Below are positions 10,618-27,204 of a DNA stretch of 64,000 nt, in pieces. The stretch lies in sequence record OM630585.1. The stretch is one strand, 5' to 3'. The notes under the pieces were generated by a model. It was given only the letters and a program-made list of their open reading frames with translations, had not been told where the DNA came from and did no database searches. Source of the DNA: Escherichia phage vB_EcoM_LNA6. A program made the translations under genes and the position numbers. How positions within the stretch are numbered: position 1 is the stretch's first letter; each line of letters opens with the position of its first letter.

Positions 10618-11016
10618 ATGAAAACAGAATCTAGAGTAATTAATGGCAAGAAAGTAAATATCGTTCTGCTTGGGGCAAGAGATGGTATTAAGATGTCTAT
10701 GAAGTTGGGTAAAATTGTTGTTCCAACTTTTGCACAGATGCTGTCAAGTCTGACTGACAAGGGTAAGAAAGAAGCTCCAATGGTTCCATTTAAAGAACTT
10801 GTTGAAGCTTGTTTTGACAGAATTGAAGAAATTAACCTTGAAGAAATGGCTACCCTGTTATTTCAAGGGGCAACTGTTGATGACTTCCCACTTAATATTG
10901 ATACATACTTCCAAGCAAACTATGGTGAATTTATTGATTACTTAGCATTTGCGCTGGAGGCAAACTTCGGAAGTTTTTTCGAAGCAAGCATTTTCAAAAG
11001 CCTAACTTCTCAGTAA
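10618..11016 (+). CDS. tail assembly chaperone (short form)
   Basis: 132 aa ORF between tube and tape measure genes; contains slippery heptamer near its 3' end. Confidence 0.55.
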   Translation: MKTESRVINGKKVNIVLLGARDGIKMSMKLGKIVVPTFAQMLSSLTDKGKKEAPMVPFKELVEACFDRIEEINLEEMATLLFQGATVDDFPLNIDTYFQANYGEFIDYLAFALEANFGSFFEASIFKSLTSQ

Positions 11017-11257
11017 ACATGGGTAATTCTCTACAGACACCACTGACTGATGCTGCTGTAGAGGCAACCTATGAAGAAGCAGACGAGATGAAATTTGTGC
11101 TTGCTATTTATGGTATGGAAGGGTGTAAAGAAACACTTGACCAACTCTTTGCTATGACATTCTCTGATTTATTATCATTGAGACAATTTCTTGAGATTCA
11201 GAGGTCGTATAAAGAGGAAATTGCTTACAACGAACTTAGAAGAGCAGGAAAAATGTA

Positions 11258-11258
<1 letters not shown>
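10618..11258 (+). CDS. tail assembly chaperone long form (via -1 frameshift, G/GT-like)
   Basis: -1 shift at 10974-10980 joins the 132 aa ORF to the 79 aa ORF 11019..11258 without an intervening stop; conserved position upstream of tape measure. Confidence 0.5.
10974..10980 (+). other. programmed -1 ribosomal frameshift slippery heptamer T_TTT_TTC
   Basis: T TTT TTC in the zero frame of the chaperone ORF (codons TTT 10975-77, TTC 10978-80); the -1 frame from 10980 is open with no stop through ATG 11019 into ORF 11019..11258. Confidence 0.6.
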
Positions 11259-19256
<7,998 letters not shown>

Positions 19257-19258
19257 TA

Positions 19259-20407
19259 ATGGCAGTAGGTGAAATTCAAATCAGTGCCTTGCCTCAAGCA
19301 GCCTTACCAATTGACCTTAGTGATATCTTCCATCTTAAACAGGGTATCGAGGATAAGAGATGTACTCTTGAGCAATTACTTGCTCCACACTCAAGCCTAA
19401 GAAATAACCCACATGGTGTTACTAAGACACAAGTTGGTCTAGATAACGTTATTAATGCTCTCCAGTTAGTTGCTGAAAATAACTTATCAGACATTGTTAA
19501 TGTAGCTGAGGCAAGAGCAAATCTACAGATTATGTCTTCAGAAGAGGTTAATAATCTTATTCAACAACATATTGATGATAAGAGCAACCCACACAATACC
19601 ACTAAGGCACAGGTTGGGTTAAGTAATGTTCAGAACTGGGTGACATCTAACCTTTATAACGAGGATGCAGATAAGTATGCTACAGCAAGAGCAGTAAATA
19701 ACTTGTACAAGGCTGTTCAGGCTTCTTATCCAGTAGGTACTATCCATCTCTCTATGAATCCTGCAAACCCTTCTACATATTTAATTTGTGGAGGTACTTG
19801 GGAGTTAGTTTCAAAAGGAAGAGCACTTGTAGGTTATGATAGTGCTTCTAGGCCAGTTGGCTCAACGTTTGGTTCGCAGACTACTGCACTGACAGTTAAC
19901 AACATTCCTGCACATACTCACTCAGTATACGTCACTGGTGGTGGTCACACACACGGTGCAACGGCCTCTATCAGTGCTTTTGACTACGGTACTAAAGGGA
20001 CTACAACGTTTGACTATGGAACAAAGACTGTATCTACTTATGACTATGGTAACAGAACAACCAGTGCTGCTGGTTTAACACAAACAACATTCATTAATCG
20101 TGGTTATGCTGATGGTGGTTGGAGAGGTTTATCAGTTGAGGGGGCAAGCTATGACCCAAGAGCTACGCTGACAACAGCTAACAACCACACTCACTCTGTA
20201 GCAATTGGTGCGCATAATCACACAGTTGGTATTGGTGCTCACAGTCATTCTGTTGCAATTGGCTCCCACAACCACTCAGCAACAGTAACAGTAACCGGAG
20301 CAGGTGAGCATTCGCACTCTGGCACAACTGGCACAACTGGTTCTGGTCAAGCATTTAGCGTTGAACAGCCATCCTTCGTATTGTATGTATGGCAGAGAAC
20401 AGCTTAA
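19259..20407 (+). CDS. tail fibre protein with C-terminal HxH repeat domain
   Basis: 382 aa; multiple HTHS/HNHT/HSHS motifs and FDYGTK repeats; C-terminus GSGQAFSV..WQRTA paralogous to the next fibre gene. Confidence 0.7.
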   Translation: MAVGEIQISALPQAALPIDLSDIFHLKQGIEDKRCTLEQLLAPHSSLRNNPHGVTKTQVGLDNVINALQLVAENNLSDIVNVAEARANLQIMSSEEVNNLIQQHIDDKSNPHNTTKAQVGLSNVQNWVTSNLYNEDADKYATARAVNNLYKAVQASYPVGTIHLSMNPANPSTYLICGGTWELVSKGRALVGYDSASRPVGSTFGSQTTALTVNNIPAHTHSVYVTGGGHTHGATASISAFDYGTKGTTTFDYGTKTVSTYDYGNRTTSAAGLTQTTFINRGYADGGWRGLSVEGASYDPRATLTTANNHTHSVAIGAHNHTVGIGAHSHSVAIGSHNHSATVTVTGAGEHSHSGTTGTTGSGQAFSVEQPSFVLYVWQRTA

Positions 20408-20416
20408 TTTCTTTAC

Positions 20417-20437
20417 AGGGGCTTTATAGCCCCTTTT
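20417..20437 (+). terminator. rho-independent terminator between the two fibre genes
   Basis: GGGGCT-TTAT-AGCCCC hairpin followed by TTTT. Confidence 0.55.
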
Positions 20438-20453
20438 AAGAGGAAAATTTATA

Positions 20454-22793
20454 ATGGCAGATTACAAGTTGAGTGAATTAAACTCAATTGATACAATTCG
20501 TTCAGACGACCTTCTTCATGTCAGGGTTAAAAAGAGACCTGAAATGCTGGGTGATGAAGACCGTCGAATGACCTATCAAGACTTCTTAGCATCTTTTAAA
20601 CTAGAAAGATTTGTCCAGATTGCTGGTAGCACTATGACGGGTGACTTAGGAATTGTCAAGTTACTTTATGGTGGTAAGGCAGTATTTGACCCTACAGGCT
20701 CTTCTGAGATTACTATGGGGGATGTTTTAAAGTCTTTTAAAATCAACGCAAATGGCCTTAAACTAACTATTGCAGATGCTTCAAGGTCAGCAACTGTTTA
20801 CCATACTTTGAATAAGCCAAGCCCTAATGAACTTGGGATGAGAACTAATGAAGAGAATGATGCAAGGTATGCAAGGTTGGCTAACTCAAACACGTTTAAC
20901 GTCAAGCAGACTATTACAGCAAATGGAGAGATTCTAACACTAAGAAACCCTGCAAGTGCTAGTGAGGCATACACTGCTGTTGTAGCTAGGGATGCTAGTA
21001 ATGAAAAAGTTTGGGCTATCGGGAACCTAATTAAAGGCAGCCGTGATGTTCAAATTGAGAGTGAACAAGGTTCAACCATTACTCTAGGCACAAGTGTTGC
21101 TATTAATAAAACCCTTGCTATTACTGGTCAAGTTCAACCCTCTGACTTCTCTAACTTAGATGCTAGATATTTTACTCAGACAGCAGCTAATCAGAGATTT
21201 GCACAGTTAACTGGTAATAATACCTTTAGTGGTGCAAATGTGTTTAATGGCTTTAACACAATTAAACGTGATGGTGAAGTGTTAAGGTTGCAAAATTCAT
21301 CAGTTAGCCAGCCATTGTACATCAAGGCTATTGACTCTTCTGGTGCTAACAGGTGGTATGTTGGATGCGCCAACGGCGGTGATGATGTATCACTAGAGAA
21401 TTACAAAACTGGTGGTAAACTCACTATTGGTTCAAATGCCGCTATCAATACAACACTAAAAATCACTGGTCAAGTTCAACCTTCAGATTGGACTAACATT
21501 GACTCTAGATACATTCCAGCAGCAACATTAAGTACAATTGCAAGAACTAATGCAAGTAACACGTTCACTGCAAAGCAGGTTATTAACACTGATGGTGAAG
21601 CTCTTACGTTACAAGGAAAGACAACCGCAGCACTTTACATTAGAGGTAAGGACTATGATGGAACGAATAGGTGGTATGTTGGTAATAACAGTGAGAGTGA
21701 CACTCTTAATGTATATAACTATAAAACTGGTAAAACCCTAAGCATTGGTTCCGAAGTAGCAATTAATGCAACCTTAGTAATTGGTGGTCAAGTACAACCT
21801 AGCAACTTCACAAACTTTGATGCAAGGTATTACGGTAAAGCCGAAGCCGATTCAAAGTATTTCTGGTCAGCATTCAGAGCTTCGAAGACCGAGGCTGCTG
21901 GTGGTGTGGCTTGGGACCAACCCTCAGGAATCTATCTTGAGACAAAATCTAGCGGGCAAAACCGTTTAGTCTTGCACATGGCCTCTAATGCGAAAGCCCT
22001 AACACCATCTGCACAATTAAGATTTGAATCGAAAAATGGTGGGATGTGGTACAGGTCAGCCAGAGACACACTTGGCTTTGAGGTTGAATGGTCTAAGGTT
22101 TACACTGAAGCTCAGAAACCTACCCCTTCAGAGATTGGTGCATACACTAAAGCTGAAACTGACCAGAAGATTGCGCAGGCAGTAAGTGACTCTACAGACC
22201 TGAATAAAATCTATCCAGTAGGTATTGTGACGTGGTTTAACAGTAATGTTAACCCTAATACAGCACTGCCTGGCCTAACTTGGACGTATCTGAAGAATGG
22301 TGTTGGTAGGACTATTAGAATTGCAGCAGCAAATGGTTCAGATGTTGCTACAACTGGTGGTTCAGATTCTGTAACGTTAGCTGTTGGTAACTTACCTTCG
22401 CACACGCACAGTTTTTCTGCTACCACTTCATCTTTTGACTACGGAACAAAAAGCACTAACACGACTGGTGCTCACGCTCACTCTGTAAGTGGCTCTACTT
22501 CATCTGCTGGTAACCACAACCATTCCATTTCGTGGATTGGTCAGAACTCTACACACTACTCTGGTGGTGGTGGTGGTAGTATTGGTGTAGGACCGGGTTA
22601 CACCGATGCTAACGGTGCTCACACCCACTCTGTAAGTGGTACTGCCGCTTCTGCTGGTAACCATGCTCACAGTGTAGGTATCGGTGCTCACACTCATACA
22701 GTTAGTGGTAACACTGGTGGTACAGGTTCTGGTTCAGCATTTAGTGTTACTAACCAGTTCTACAAGTTAATGGCTTGGGTAAGAACTGCTTAA
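20454..22793 (+). CDS. tail fibre protein (long) with internal tandem repeats and C-terminal HxH domain
   Basis: 779 aa; three to four tandem ~105-115 aa repeats containing ITGQVQPSD; C-terminal HTHS/HAHS/HNHS motifs and conserved ending GSGSAFSV..WVRTA. Confidence 0.7.
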   Translation: MADYKLSELNSIDTIRSDDLLHVRVKKRPEMLGDEDRRMTYQDFLASFKLERFVQIAGSTMTGDLGIVKLLYGGKAVFDPTGSSEITMGDVLKSFKINANGLKLTIADASRSATVYHTLNKPSPNELGMRTNEENDARYARLANSNTFNVKQTITANGEILTLRNPASASEAYTAVVARDASNEKVWAIGNLIKGSRDVQIESEQGSTITLGTSVAINKTLAITGQVQPSDFSNLDARYFTQTAANQRFAQLTGNNTFSGANVFNGFNTIKRDGEVLRLQNSSVSQPLYIKAIDSSGANRWYVGCANGGDDVSLENYKTGGKLTIGSNAAINTTLKITGQVQPSDWTNIDSRYIPAATLSTIARTNASNTFTAKQVINTDGEALTLQGKTTAALYIRGKDYDGTNRWYVGNNSESDTLNVYNYKTGKTLSIGSEVAINATLVIGGQVQPSNFTNFDARYYGKAEADSKYFWSAFRASKTEAAGGVAWDQPSGIYLETKSSGQNRLVLHMASNAKALTPSAQLRFESKNGGMWYRSARDTLGFEVEWSKVYTEAQKPTPSEIGAYTKAETDQKIAQAVSDSTDLNKIYPVGIVTWFNSNVNPNTALPGLTWTYLKNGVGRTIRIAAANGSDVATTGGSDSVTLAVGNLPSHTHSFSATTSSFDYGTKSTNTTGAHAHSVSGSTSSAGNHNHSISWIGQNSTHYSGGGGGSIGVGPGYTDANGAHTHSVSGTAASAGNHAHSVGIGAHTHTVSGNTGGTGSGSAFSVTNQFYKLMAWVRTA
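20860..21860 (+). repeat. in-frame tandem coding repeats (~320-345 nt units) within long tail fibre gene
   Basis: Repeated DNA/protein blocks: ACTGGTCAAGTTCAACC at about 21123 and 21466, variant at 21784; protein motif (I/L)(T/G)GQVQPS(D/N). Confidence 0.6.
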
Positions 22794-22800
22794 TCCCTTG

Positions 22801-22829
22801 TTGACTGATTGTTAAGATGGTGTTAATAT
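22801..22829 (+). promoter_or_regulatory. sigma70-like promoter (TTGACT-N17-TAATAT)
   Basis: -35 TTGACT 22801-22806, 17 nt spacer, -10 TAATAT 22824-22829; 9 bp inverted repeat AAGATGGTG/CACCATCTT (22814-22822 and 22846-22854) brackets the -10 and start region. Confidence 0.5.
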
Positions 22830-22872
22830 TCTTTATGGGTATTCTCACCATCTTGGCTGATGAGGTGATTAA

Positions 22873-23067
22873 ATGCCTACAATCCTAGCAATTCTTCTAA
22901 AAAATCTAGGTAGCTTCTTCTGGAAACTCATTTTATCCCTTCTAAGTGAATACATGATTGAGAAAGTGTTCTTTAAGCTTGCAAGATACCTTGCGAGTAA
23001 AACAGACACACCTATTGATGATGAGTTCGTAGATAACTTAGAAAAAGCTTTTAAGGGGGAGAAATAA
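22873..23067 (+). CDS. small hydrophobic protein (hypothetical)
   Basis: 64 aa ORF with hydrophobic N-terminal segment; downstream of promoter-like element. Confidence 0.4.
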   Translation: MPTILAILLKNLGSFFWKLILSLLSEYMIEKVFFKLARYLASKTDTPIDDEFVDNLEKAFKGEK

Positions 23068-23433
23068 ATGAAGTGGCTAGAGGAAGCTTTTAAAAATAAT
23101 ATTGGTGCAATTGTAGTTGGTATTTTTAGTGCTATTGGGATGTATACCACGATGCAAGTCTCAAGTGGTAAGCAAGAAGTATCTGTCACAACAAAGTTAC
23201 AGCAGCTAGATAATTATTCCAAAAGTAACTATTCAGCTATTCGTGATTTACAGTCTGACATGAGACTGATTCAGCTAGGGATGGAGAACCAGAAAGTTCA
23301 GTTAGAGAATGTTAAGGGTGAAAACGCAAAACTTACTAAAACCCTTGATAAATTCTCTGACAGTGTGAATAATCTGGCTCAATCGGTATCAGCCCTCCAA
23401 GCTATTACTGAGAAGAATACAAAAGAACACTGA
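23068..23433 (+). CDS. membrane-anchored coiled-coil protein (hypothetical)
   Basis: 121 aa; N-terminal hydrophobic helix then coiled-coil-like sequence; start overlaps upstream stop. Confidence 0.4.
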   Translation: MKWLEEAFKNNIGAIVVGIFSAIGMYTTMQVSSGKQEVSVTTKLQQLDNYSKSNYSAIRDLQSDMRLIQLGMENQKVQLENVKGENAKLTKTLDKFSDSVNNLAQSVSALQAITEKNTKEH

Positions 23434-23445
23434 AAATAAAATTTT

Positions 23446-23478
23446 AAGGCTCCTTTTTACGGGAGCCTTTTTTGTTTT
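23446..23478. terminator. bidirectional intrinsic terminator between convergent genes
   Basis: AAGGCTCC-TTTTTAC-GGGAGCCTT hairpin flanked by T-runs on both strands; lies between + gene ending 23433 and - gene ending 23477. Confidence 0.6.
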
Positions 23479-24376
23479 ATTTACCTACTGATAAAGGTGC
23501 TTCAATCTTTCCTGCATGTTGGTAGTTACTAATTCCACCAATAAAGTCACTTGCAGTAAGATGTTTCAGGTCACTTAAAGTATTAAGTTGTAGACCAATC
23601 TCAAAAGTTGGTGCATGGAACTCTTCATTGTTCATCAGTTCATAAACCTGCTTCATATGATTCTGATAAATCTGAGTATCTCCAAAGACACCTATCAAGT
23701 ATCGTGGAGTATACCCAGTCATCTTGCAAAGAACTTCCAGAATAAAGCCATAGGATGCAATGTTAAACGGAAGTCCTAAAAAGGTGTCTACAGAACGTTG
23801 ATACCATTGTAAGTCAACTTCACCCTCGTTAGTGATATAAATCTGAAACAGAACATGACAAGGTGCTAAAGCCATCGAGTTGGCTGCAATATCTGCTGCA
23901 TTCCAAGCATTAACAAGCATGTAACGGTCTGTGATATCACCTTTCATCTTCGTTACTAAGGTCTCTAACTGGTCTACAACACAACCGTTATGACCTTCAA
24001 AGTTTCTCCACTGAACCCCGTAGATTCTACCACCTGCATCTTCTAACCAGTCTTGTTCAGAAGAATAGTTAGAGCTTAACCAACGTTTAAAATCATCTGA
24101 CCAGATAGTCCAGCGTTCCCCATCATTTTCACCCCAAGTACGGTAGCGGAGTTCACCAAGTTTATTCTCACCATTCAGGAACCATAAAGCCTCCCCAATG
24201 ACTTGCCGCGTAAACACCTGTTTAGATGTTAAGAGTGGGAAACCAGTTCTCATATCAAAACGAAATTGTGGTGGAGCAAATGCAGAGATAACATCTCCAG
24301 TTCGTGTAGTACGCAGTTCACCAACTGATAAAACATGGTTCAGGATATTTTTGTAGCTTGTATCTGCTTGTGACAT
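23477..24376 (-). CDS. thyA: thymidylate synthase family protein (uracil-specific type)
   Basis: 299 aa; ALAPCHVLFQ and YQRSVDTFLGLPFNIASY match the ThyA catalytic Cys and core motifs; GDTQIYQNH retains the Asn of dUMP-specific enzymes. Confidence 0.8.
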   Translation of the reverse strand: MSQADTSYKNILNHVLSVGELRTTRTGDVISAFAPPQFRFDMRTGFPLLTSKQVFTRQVIGEALWFLNGENKLGELRYRTWGENDGERWTIWSDDFKRWLSSNYSSEQDWLEDAGGRIYGVQWRNFEGHNGCVVDQLETLVTKMKGDITDRYMLVNAWNAADIAANSMALAPCHVLFQIYITNEGEVDLQWYQRSVDTFLGLPFNIASYGFILEVLCKMTGYTPRYLIGVFGDTQIYQNHMKQVYELMNNEEFHAPTFEIGLQLNTLSDLKHLTASDFIGGISNYQHAGKIEAPLSVGK

Positions 24377-24377
24377 A

Positions 24378-24923
24378 TTAAAAGTGCCCTTTTACTTGTG
24401 GAACATAGATTTCAAAAGTTGCTTTACCATCCTCTGATGGTTTTGACTGTACCTTTGTAAACACACGGTTATCATACAGCTTCTCAAAGAAGTTTTCAAA
24501 AGGTAAATGCACAGTGGCCTCTTCAGTAACTTTATGGAAAACAGTATGGAACACCACACTAGCATACGGTAAAGCATTGACAAGGATACCTGCACCACCA
24601 ATTACAAAGACATCTTCATCAATAGAGCTATCAAGATACTTCAAAAATGCTCCAAATGACTCTTTACTGGCTTTAGCATACATTACATCATCTTTGCCAA
24701 AGTCTATGCCTAAGTATGGTACAGAATTTGTTAAGATGAGGTTTGCACGTTCTGGTAAAGGTTTACTACCCAGAGTCTTAAAAGTCTTATTACCCATGAC
24801 TACTAAGTTATTTTTAGTGAGTCTCTTAAACTCTTGCATGTCCTGTTTATGTCGAGGCCACGGCATACCAGTCGGTGTACCAAATTCACCGTTTTCACCA
24901 CTTGCAAATATTAGTTTAATCAT
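24378..24923 (-). CDS. frd: dihydrofolate reductase
   Basis: 181 aa; N-terminal MIKLIFA..G..G..PW and VIGGAGILVNALPYA resemble DHFR; adjacent to thymidylate synthase. Confidence 0.7.
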   Translation of the reverse strand: MIKLIFASGENGEFGTPTGMPWPRHKQDMQEFKRLTKNNLVVMGNKTFKTLGSKPLPERANLILTNSVPYLGIDFGKDDVMYAKASKESFGAFLKYLDSSIDEDVFVIGGAGILVNALPYASVVFHTVFHKVTEEATVHLPFENFFEKLYDNRVFTKVQSKPSEDGKATFEIYVPQVKGHF

Positions 24924-25180
24924 TTTGTAAACCCTTTCTTAATGAACCAGTTGATGACACTCTTCACAAATTTACTACGATGGTAGATAAAATGTGGAGA
25001 GGGTTGGTATGAACCATAAGCCCAGAAAGCGATAATTTCATTACACCCTGTGCATCGGGTACTTTCTTCAGCAATATGACCGTTGACTATTTCGCTTACC
25101 TCACCTTGTAAGTCTGTACACCCACAATGTGGACATCGGATAGGTGTTCCATCAGACTCATAGCAGTGTTCAATTTTCAT
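24920..25180 (-). CDS. small zinc-ribbon protein (hypothetical)
   Basis: 86 aa with CPHC ... CTGC cysteine pairs. Confidence 0.4.
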   Translation of the reverse strand: MKIEHCYESDGTPIRCPHCGCTDLQGEVSEIVNGHIAEESTRCTGCNEIIAFWAYGSYQPSPHFIYHRSKFVKSVINWFIKKGFTK

Positions 25181-25696
25181 TTATTTAACCTCAAAAACTG
25201 GCTCAAGAACCAATATAAAGTCTACACAGTCATCTTCTTCATCCAGAATACCATCAAAGTTCTTAGGAACGAAGTCGAAGAGGTTCATAACAAAGCAGTC
25301 AGAAGTGACCTTGATAGTTCCTCCCATGTTCTCTACAGTTAGCACTGTACGACTTTCTTTTACCTCCCTCAGAAGATTACCCACAAAGTCGTCTAAGAAG
25401 TACTTCATCAGTGACTTGAAACCTTTAGGGTAATCTGTACCAGAGTATGTTTCAATCTGAGGAACAAGCTTAACATTTATACTAGTCTTTGTTAAGAACG
25501 TTTTAGAGAACATACTATCAGGTAACTTACAAACAGTCTTTCCAGTACCTTCATGCTCAATCTCAACAAAACCAGCTTCGTCGCCACATGTAACTATTTT
25601 AAAAGATGCTTCATTCTCATACTGTGAAGCCATAAACTTTTTAAGCATCTCTTTAAGGAAGTCTGCATGAGCATCTTGTAAGAAGATATCAATCAT
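25181..25696 (-). CDS. hypothetical protein
   Basis: 171 aa ORF, no recognisable motif. Confidence 0.4.
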   Translation of the reverse strand: MIDIFLQDAHADFLKEMLKKFMASQYENEASFKIVTCGDEAGFVEIEHEGTGKTVCKLPDSMFSKTFLTKTSINVKLVPQIETYSGTDYPKGFKSLMKYFLDDFVGNLLREVKESRTVLTVENMGGTIKVTSDCFVMNLFDFVPKNFDGILDEEDDCVDFILVLEPVFEVK

Positions 25697-25709
25697 AGTT
25701 AATCACCTA

Positions 25710-26069
25710 TTATGGGAACAAACACTTAATGTCATCGTTTTTGAAAACAAAACTTGTGTAATTATGACCATCAACATCCAGCCAAACAGCCTGAACATCT
25801 ACACCATCAAGATTTTGGTAAAGCTCTTTGATGAAGTGGTCTTTTACAATCTGACTGCTAGTTGTTTCCAACTTAATGTTCGAGATTGCTGAACCTACAG
25901 CCATATAGCCCATGACACGTTTCTTCTCAGTATGCTTAATCTTACCATCTTTGTAAGCCATAATGAGATTGGAAAGAATCTTTACACCGTAATACTTTTC
26001 AAGGTGAGTAGGTACACCATAAAAGCCTAATGCGAAGTTTTCAGAGTGGATAATGTTTTCACGTTTCAT
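25710..26069 (-). CDS. hypothetical protein
   Basis: 119 aa ORF. Confidence 0.4.
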   Translation of the reverse strand: MKRENIIHSENFALGFYGVPTHLEKYYGVKILSNLIMAYKDGKIKHTEKKRVMGYMAVGSAISNIKLETTSSQIVKDHFIKELYQNLDGVDVQAVWLDVDGHNYTSFVFKNDDIKCLFP

Positions 26070-26070
26070 A

Positions 26071-26370
26071 CTAGTCTGCCAACCTTAAATTGAAATTAAC
26101 ACCAAATTTTTCACATACTTCCAACATATACTCAAGGGAAACATTACCAGTGAGGTGGATTATGTTGGATACACGAGCCTGAGAGATACCACAAATTTTA
26201 GCAACTTGCTCTTGAGAAAGACCTCTTGATTTAATCTCTCTCTTAAAACGATGTGCAACGAAGTCTCTCATTTCATCTACATCCATTGGACAAATATAAC
26301 TCTCCATTTCAGCCTCTCTATCAGCCTCCCAATCATCTTGTGGGGCATAAGGGTCAAAAACCTCATTCAT
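26071..26370 (-). CDS. XRE-type helix-turn-helix DNA-binding protein
   Basis: C-terminal GLSQEQVAKICGISQARVSNIIH matches HTH_XRE pattern; start trimmed to ATG 26370 (track start at 26400 is TTG). Confidence 0.5.
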   Translation of the reverse strand: MNEVFDPYAPQDDWEADREAEMESYICPMDVDEMRDFVAHRFKREIKSRGLSQEQVAKICGISQARVSNIIHLTGNVSLEYMLEVCEKFGVNFNLRLAD

Positions 26371-26575
26371 CTTTCTTCTTCCGTTTGAGTGAAGTGTCAA
26401 TCAATGAATCTATGTTTGTAGCCCTAACCTTTTCACGTTCATCATTAAGATAATCGTCAAGAGCCTTTTCAATCTGTGAATCATCTTGACAGATGACTGT
26501 AAAGACTGTAAAGCCGTCTGTATCGTCAATTATCTTACCATAACCGCTTCTGGGATGTAACTTTTTAAGAGCCAT
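26363..26575 (-). CDS. hypothetical protein
   Basis: 70 aa ORF. Confidence 0.35.
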   Translation of the reverse strand: MALKKLHPRSGYGKIIDDTDGFTVFTVICQDDSQIEKALDDYLNDEREKVRATNIDSLIDTSLKRKKKDE

Positions 26576-26576
26576 A

Positions 26577-26960
26577 TTAGATACCTGTGCAGCTTCTGTT
26601 TTCTAAGAAATACTCAACACCATACATAGCTTTTTGCATCAAATCTTCTTTAAACTGGATACGATGGTTGAGCATAGCCTGTACATCAATATCATCATGG
26701 TGCTTCTCTTTAATATTTGCAGATTGCAGGAAATACTCTGCAAGAACGCGATACTGGTAGTCAGTTACCTTATCAGTCATCTCTGTCAAAGACTCTTCAG
26801 AGATTGGTTTAAGTAGCTCACCATTAGCTAGAGCAACACCTTTTACAATCTGGCAAGTATCCTCTGGAACACCTGATAAGTCCACATTTGGAAGTTCTGT
26901 TGCATTGACTGGTAAATTCATTGCCATAACCATTGCAGCAGCTAATAAAATCTTTTTCAT
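26577..26960 (-). CDS. secreted protein with N-terminal signal peptide (hypothetical)
   Basis: 127 aa; MKKILLAAAMVMAMNLPVNA signal-peptide-like N-terminus. Confidence 0.5.
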   Translation of the reverse strand: MKKILLAAAMVMAMNLPVNATELPNVDLSGVPEDTCQIVKGVALANGELLKPISEESLTEMTDKVTDYQYRVLAEYFLQSANIKEKHHDDIDVQAMLNHRIQFKEDLMQKAMYGVEYFLENRSCTGI

Positions 26961-27004
26961 AATGACCTCAAAGTTATATTAAATTTTGTATTACATTGAG
27001 TATA

Positions 27005-27033
27005 AAAATAAGCTATAACACCTGACTTGTCAA
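27005..27033 (-). promoter_or_regulatory. sigma70-like promoter candidate (minus strand, TTGACA-N17-TATTTT)
   Basis: Minus-strand TTGACA corresponds to + 27028-27033; weak -10; about 40 nt upstream of secreted-protein gene start 26960. Confidence 0.3.
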
Positions 27034-27050
27034 CAGATTTTATAGCTTAT

Positions 27051-27177
27051 TTGGCAGATTTTTTATAAGGCTACTGCCATCCTTCCATACCTTACCTTAC
27101 CACACCTAACCATACCTAACCAAACTACACCATACAATACCTTGTTAAAAGACCCTCTTAAAGACCTTTTAAAAAGG
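27051..27177 (-). repeat. GG-periodic intergenic repeat, copy A (G/T-rich on the transcribed minus strand)
   Basis: About 127 bp, about 75-80% identical by eye to 28310-28457; shared blocks TTGG(C/T)AGATTTTT, GGCTACT(G/A)CCATCC, CCATACCT, CTAACCAAACT, TTAAAGACCTTTTAAAAAGG. Confidence 0.6.
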
Positions 27178-27193
27178 AGCCTCCGAAGAGGCT
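27178..27193 (-). terminator. intrinsic terminator hairpin (minus strand) after gene 27205..27645
   Basis: AGCCTC-CGAA-GAGGCT hairpin; on the minus strand followed by CCTTTTTAAAAGG. Confidence 0.45.
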
Positions 27194-27204
27194 GCCTAGT
27201 CAAC

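Noticed and set aside
20860-21860. Diversity-generating retroelement targeting the tail fibre
   Set aside because: The repeats are in-frame tandem protein repeats inside one gene; there is no reverse transcriptase ORF and no template/variable repeat pair with adenine-specific differences.
23477-24376. dCMP hydroxymethylase (T4 gp42-like) instead of thymidylate synthase
   Set aside because: The cytosine-specifying Asp is not present; the motif GDTQIYQNH retains the uracil-specific Asn and the gene is paired with DHFR.
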